Shown: positions 28,031-32,000 of the stretch, piece by piece
Numbering within the stretch: the stretch's first letter is position 1
How the letters are laid out: the number at the start of each line of letters is the position of its first letter
Assembly (NCBI GenBank): GCA_000743035.1
Contig: CP008936.1
Location: forward strand, 1,440,001 to 1,472,000
Source of the DNA: Candidatus Paracaedimonas acanthamoebae
GTDB lineage: Bacteria; Pseudomonadota; Alphaproteobacteria; Caedimonadales; Caedimonadaceae
Direction of reading: 5' to 3'
Length of the DNA: 32,000 nucleotides
The notes under the pieces: generated by a model
Seen by the model: only the letters and a program-made list of their open reading frames with translations
The model's database searches: none
What the model was told of the DNA's origin: nothing
Position numbers and translations under genes: made by a program

Positions 28031-29350
28031 TTATCTTTCTTGTGTAAGAAGCTTATCGTTTGCAGAAGTAGCCGGATATGTTTCTCGAATAAAAAGAACA
28101 CATAAAGCTGCTAAAACTAGGCTTAGTGGGACAATTGCAAGTGCTAAATGATAATCGGTAAGGCTATAATAAGGGCTTCCAGCAACGCGCTCTCCATTCC
28201 AAACAAGATCTAAAATTGCGCCGATGACAGGTTGCATTAAAATACCACTAAACATGCATAACATATTATGCACACCGGAAGCCGTGGCTGCACGATTTCG
28301 ATCATTAATATCCGCAACGCTTGCAAAGGCAAGAAACTGCCCTGAGGACGCAGCACCTGCAATAAAGAACAAACTGTAAACTGCAGTAAAAGGAATCTGA
28401 GGAAGATAAATTACTATTGATAAGAATAAAAGCGTTACAAAAGCGCTCACAATCATTGAACGTCGATAACTTTTAAAAAAAGTTAAAATCCATGACCATA
28501 GTGGCCCCCCTATCCCCACGCCTACATAAAAGGTTGAAAGAGCGCCCGCAGCTACTTCACACTCAACATTAAATGCTTGCATCAAATAAGGAACCCCCCA
28601 AAGATCAGCAAATCCAGAAAGAGGAATATACATAAGGAATCCGTAGGCTCCAAAAAGCCATGTTTGAGGGTTTCGCACAATTTCAAGAATTAAAATTGTG
28701 ATATGCTTTAGAGAAAGTGAGGGTTTATTTGGAACCTTTTGATCTAAAGTGTTAATAGAAGGCCCTCCATCAGCGATAACACACCAGATCACGATAGCTA
28801 AGGCAAGACTTATACATGCTAAAATATAGATTGTCGTTTGCCAGTCTGTAGCTTGGACGAGCAGAGCTAGAGGTAAGCCACCACTTGTTCCACCAGCAGT
28901 TCCAATCGCGAGTGTAAAACCCACAAAAATAGCAAGTTTTTCGGCTGGAAACCATGTTGATGCTATTCTAATACAAGTTAAAAAACCAAAAGCAGAGCCA
29001 ATCCCCATTAGAAATCGTCCAAAAAATAATAACCCGATATGTTGCCCTCCTGCGAATAAAAGAGCACCTAAGAAACATAAAATACACGCTAAACTCAAAG
29101 GTTTTCTAGGACCTATAGAATCCAGTAACAAGCCTGCAGGGATCTGCATGATTGAATAACCCCAATAATAAAACGAGACAAGTGCTCCTAAAGTACAAGC
29201 TTCAATAGCTAAAGATGCCATAAGATCTTGCGCCATTACACTAGGAGAGACGCGCAAAATGAATTGAAATCCATAAAAAATAGCTGCGCAGAACCACATG
29301 AAAAAACCACGTAGAAAAGAATTAGGCTGTTGCATTATTTTGAAGTTCAT
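28031..29350 (-). CDS. MFS transporter
   Basis: 439 aa with about 12 TM helices and an MFS loop 2-3-like motif (GLLLDSIGPRKPL). The substrate is unknown. Confidence 0.8.
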   Translation of the reverse strand: MNFKIMQQPNSFLRGFFMWFCAAIFYGFQFILRVSPSVMAQDLMASLAIEACTLGALVSFYYWGYSIMQIPAGLLLDSIGPRKPLSLACILCFLGALLFAGGQHIGLLFFGRFLMGIGSAFGFLTCIRIASTWFPAEKLAIFVGFTLAIGTAGGTSGGLPLALLVQATDWQTTIYILACISLALAIVIWCVIADGGPSINTLDQKVPNKPSLSLKHITILILEIVRNPQTWLFGAYGFLMYIPLSGFADLWGVPYLMQAFNVECEVAAGALSTFYVGVGIGGPLWSWILTFFKSYRRSMIVSAFVTLLFLSIVIYLPQIPFTAVYSLFFIAGAASSGQFLAFASVADINDRNRAATASGVHNMLCMFSGILMQPVIGAILDLVWNGERVAGSPYYSLTDYHLALAIVPLSLVLAALCVLFIRETYPATSANDKLLTQER

Positions 29351-29738
29351 TTGTTCTCAATTTTTTTTGATGCCTTTTGAAAAATATTTCCTACAATTAA
29401 GGAATTTTATGTACTTTTCAAGTGGTAACTAACCTACCAAGTATGCAAAGTTAAAAAACTTTCTATTTTTTAAGCAATAATAAGGCAAAAAGTCAACTAA
29501 AATTGACTAAATTGCACAAAACTACTCAAATAGAAGAGAAAAATTTTTAAAAATTCACCTTGAAGCGATTTTTATTTAACATAATATAAAAATAATTCCG
29601 GCTTTTATATTAAATATTCGAAAAATAAGAAATTATTTAAAGCCCATAAAATTATTTATGTAAGCTCTTGATAGTAAACATAAATTATGTCTTATCGTTC
29701 AATTTGATCGTATAGTAATAAAGAGGGGGAGAAGAATT

Positions 29739-29882
29739 ATGAAAAAACTTTTGTATAAACAAAGCATTCCATTCAAGATTTCTCAATTTGATAATGATAA
29801 TAGGCAACTAAAAGAAACTTATGTTCCTTTTAAGCGCGAATTTGAACAGAATTTTTTAAAGTTATTTGGGATTATTCTGTAA
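29739..29882 (+). CDS. hypothetical small protein (47 aa)
   Basis: The ATG is preceded by the strong Shine-Dalgarno AAGAGGGGGAG at 6-8 nt spacing. The ORF, MKKLLYKQSIPFKISQFDNDNRQLKETYVPFKREFEQNFLKLFGIIL, is below the ORF-track cutoff and was read by eye. I cannot recognise any homology. Confidence 0.35.
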   Translation: MKKLLYKQSIPFKISQFDNDNRQLKETYVPFKREFEQNFLKLFGIIL

Positions 29883-29905
29883 AAATTTTATACCTGCTAT
29901 AAATG

Positions 29906-30853
29906 TTAACCTTTTAATTGTTCTTTATCAAATGCAGGGCTACTAAGACCGAAATGCTTCAAGGTCTTTTTATTAAAATAATGCTTACTTGCGGCAATAA
30001 TTTGAACATCTATTTTTTTAATATCTTGCCCTTTAAGAATATTAGCAATCATCACGCCCGTCTCTCGCCCAACCTGATATTGATCATTTGCAACAGCGGC
30101 AACTGCACCACTTTTAACGGATTCAGGATCACTTGCAAAAACAGGAAGTCCTCCTTTTGTTGCAATCTTGATGATCGTCTCTAATGCTGAAATAACCGTG
30201 TTATCGTTTGTAAGTAAAATAGCCTCTACTTTATCAGTAAGGTAAGAGGTTGCTTGGGCAACATCTGCTGTTTTAAAAGCTGATGCTTCTTCAACTTCTA
30301 TACCAAAACTTATAGAAGCCTCTTTAATCGCTTTAACTTGTTTTTGAGAATTCTTCTCTGATGGATTATAAATAAGGCCAACTTTACGCAAATTTGGAAG
30401 AATTTTTTTGGCGAGCGATAGCTGGGCCTGCGGCAAAGGTAAATCAATCGTGCCTGTTATATGCCCTTTATGGTTTTGTAAACGAGAAACAAGACCCGCA
30501 CCTATAGGATCTGTAACAGCCCCAAAAACAATTGGAATTGAAGTATCTTTGGCAGCTTTCAACATTGTTTGTGCAGAAGGGGTTGCAATGGCAACAATTA
30601 TCTTCGGACTCAAAGCAACAAATCTTTGCGCTATCTGAGCCGCAATTGTTATGTTTCCTTGGGCGTTTTGATAAAGGAGATCGCTTAAATCTCTCTGTAT
30701 GAGCCCTTGCTCGATCAATTCATCTAGAATACCTTGGCGAACCTGATCTAAAGACGGATGTGGGGCAATTTGGGTAATAGCAATTTGCGGTGATTTAGCA
30801 AATGCATGATTAAAAAATAAACTTAAAATTAAATACTTAAAAATTTGTAACAT
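29906..30853 (-). CDS. ABC transporter substrate-binding protein (ABC_sub_bind / PF04392-like)
   Basis: A signal peptide (MLQIFKYLILSLFFNHAFA) is followed by family-typical blocks (IAITQIAPHPSLDQVRQG, NAQGN, IATPSAQ, IPIVFGAVTDPIGAGLV). The ATG at 30853 has a GGAGAA Shine-Dalgarno. The upstream 23 codons of the maximal ORF are probably non-coding. Confidence 0.8.
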   Translation of the reverse strand: MLQIFKYLILSLFFNHAFAKSPQIAITQIAPHPSLDQVRQGILDELIEQGLIQRDLSDLLYQNAQGNITIAAQIAQRFVALSPKIIVAIATPSAQTMLKAAKDTSIPIVFGAVTDPIGAGLVSRLQNHKGHITGTIDLPLPQAQLSLAKKILPNLRKVGLIYNPSEKNSQKQVKAIKEASISFGIEVEEASAFKTADVAQATSYLTDKVEAILLTNDNTVISALETIIKIATKGGLPVFASDPESVKSGAVAAVANDQYQVGRETGVMIANILKGQDIKKIDVQIIAASKHYFNKKTLKHFGLSSPAFDKEQLKG

Positions 30854-31133
30854 CGGCGTTCTCCAACTGTAAAAATTAAACTTAACGAAAGCAAAAAGGG
30901 CTTTACCCACCACCATCGCCAAGTTTCAGTTGTGAGAACTTGCGCACAAGACCTTTTCTTAAACTTTAACTTTTGAATTAAAAAGGTCTTGAGCACTCTC
31001 AGACTCCTGCATTAATTATTAGATAATATATAAATTTCTCATAAAAGTCTATGATTGAGTAGGTATCCTACATTTCTGTTTTTTATGCTTTTAAACTACA
31101 GTGGCTCACTTCCTAATTCTCCTTTGAGCAATT

Positions 31134-32000
31134 TTAAAATGTGCTTAATTGCTGTAGGGCTTTATCAATTTTTTGTTGTGATGCTTGTAATTCGATATGT
31201 CGAGCTTGATTCTTCTCGATAATTTCCTCAGGGGCTTTTTGCACAAATTCAGGGTTACTTAATTTTGCTTGAAGCGCGAGTAATTCTTTTTCAGTTTCTC
31301 TTAAGCTAGAGGTCAAACGCTTTTTTTCTACCTCAACATCAATAATATCTCCGAGTGGAAGATATAGAATGTCATCTCCGATCACAAGCTGAAGGGTTCC
31401 AGGGGTCATGGTAAGAGGCTCAATATGAATCGCTTCAAGACGAGCCAATCTTTCGATAAGCCGTTTATGTGTTTTAAGGCGCTCTGCCGTTAAAGTCGTC
31501 ACTTCAGGTGCCCATAGGTGAAGTTTTTCTGAAGCTAAAACATTTAAAGTTGCTCTTGTTCCACGTAGAGTTTCTATTAACTCAATAACCCAAGAAATCT
31601 CCTTTTGTGCCTCTATTTCTTCTTCTATAAACTGCGGCCAAGGTTGTGTTATAAGAAGCCCTTGTTTTCCTTCCGAAAGCTGTTGCCATAGTTCTTCACT
31701 AATGAAAGGCATAAACGGATGCAAGAGGTGACAAAATTGTACTAAAACCCAAGCCGATACTTTTTGCGTTTCATCCTTGAGAGCTAAATCCTCTGAGGCT
31801 AACAAAGGCTTTGCAAACTCTAGGTACCAATCGCAAAATTTTCCCCAAATTGTTTTATACAGAAGGCTCGCCGCTTCATGAAAACGATAAGCTTCTAAAG
31901 CTTCATTGAGCTGTTTTGTTAATAGATGAACTTCATTAATAATCCATTGATTGATCGTGCTTTTAGCATTTTGAAAATTAAATGTTGGATCGTAACGACA
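31134..32000 (-). CDS. valS: valine--tRNA ligase, C-terminal part (5' end outside the window)
   Basis: The frame is open from 32000. It reads through the anticodon-binding region (...FCDWYLEFAKP...HPFMPFISEELWQ) and a C-terminal coiled-coil (EKKRLTSSLRETEKELLALQAKLSNPEFVQKAPEEII). Confidence 0.92.
   Translation of the reverse strand, partial: CRYDPTFNFQNAKSTINQWIINEVHLLTKQLNEALEAYRFHEAASLLYKTIWGKFCDWYLEFAKPLLASEDLALKDETQKVSAWVLVQFCHLLHPFMPFISEELWQQLSEGKQGLLITQPWPQFIEEEIEAQKEISWVIELIETLRGTRATLNVLASEKLHLWAPEVTTLTAERLKTHKRLIERLARLEAIHIEPLTMTPGTLQLVIGDDILYLPLGDIIDVEVEKKRLTSSLRETEKELLALQAKLSNPEFVQKAPEEIIEKNQARHIELQASQQKIDKALQQLSTF

Noticed and set aside
1-32000. I looked for CRISPR repeats, IS or transposase ends, integrases, phage genes, toxin-antitoxin pairs, restriction-modification or other defence modules, and tRNA or rRNA genes.
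   Set aside because: No regularly spaced direct repeats, no recombinase- or transposase-like translations and no tRNA-like cloverleaf signatures were visible in any intergenic region. Every ORF over 100 aa outside shadow frames is accounted for by a housekeeping or transport family. This was an inspection by eye, not an exhaustive computational scan.

Overview
AT-rich, densely coding bacterial chromosomal window. Gene content and order look alphaproteobacterial, and a reduced or host-associated lineage is possible, but that is inference only. About 26 kb is core housekeeping in two tightly packed co-directional blocks. Block 1 (minus strand, 71-9104) runs SPOR protein, M50 protease, tatA, tatB, tatC, serS, surE, nlpD-like, yajC, secD, secF, with several 4-8 nt start/stop overlaps. 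Block 2 (plus strand, 18632-27014) runs rseP, bamA, skp, lpxD, fabZ, lpxA, lpxI, lpxB, with 1-4 nt overlaps from lpxD onward. Also present are erpA-xthA-acnA (plus), bdhA, a TerC-family protein, an MFS transporter, an orphan ABC substrate-binding protein and the 3' part of valS. I found no rRNA, tRNA, CRISPR array, transposase, integrase or recognisable defence/toxin genes, and no convincing novel multi-gene system. Four segments remain least explained. (1) A signal-peptide gene at 13285-13792 is split by a +1 frame change at an A6 run. (2) A small alternating-strand accessory patch (13.1-17.7 kb) carries a DMT transporter, an apparently exported S66 LD-carboxypeptidase and a HAD-like putative lipoprotein. 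(3) A 703-bp ORF-free, pyrimidine-skewed intergenic region (16981-17683) contains short direct repeats, perfect palindromes and an 11-bp hairpin. (4) A 555-bp AT-rich gap (29351-29905) holds a 47-codon ORF with a strong Shine-Dalgarno. All functional calls come from reading motifs in the supplied translations; no database search was possible.
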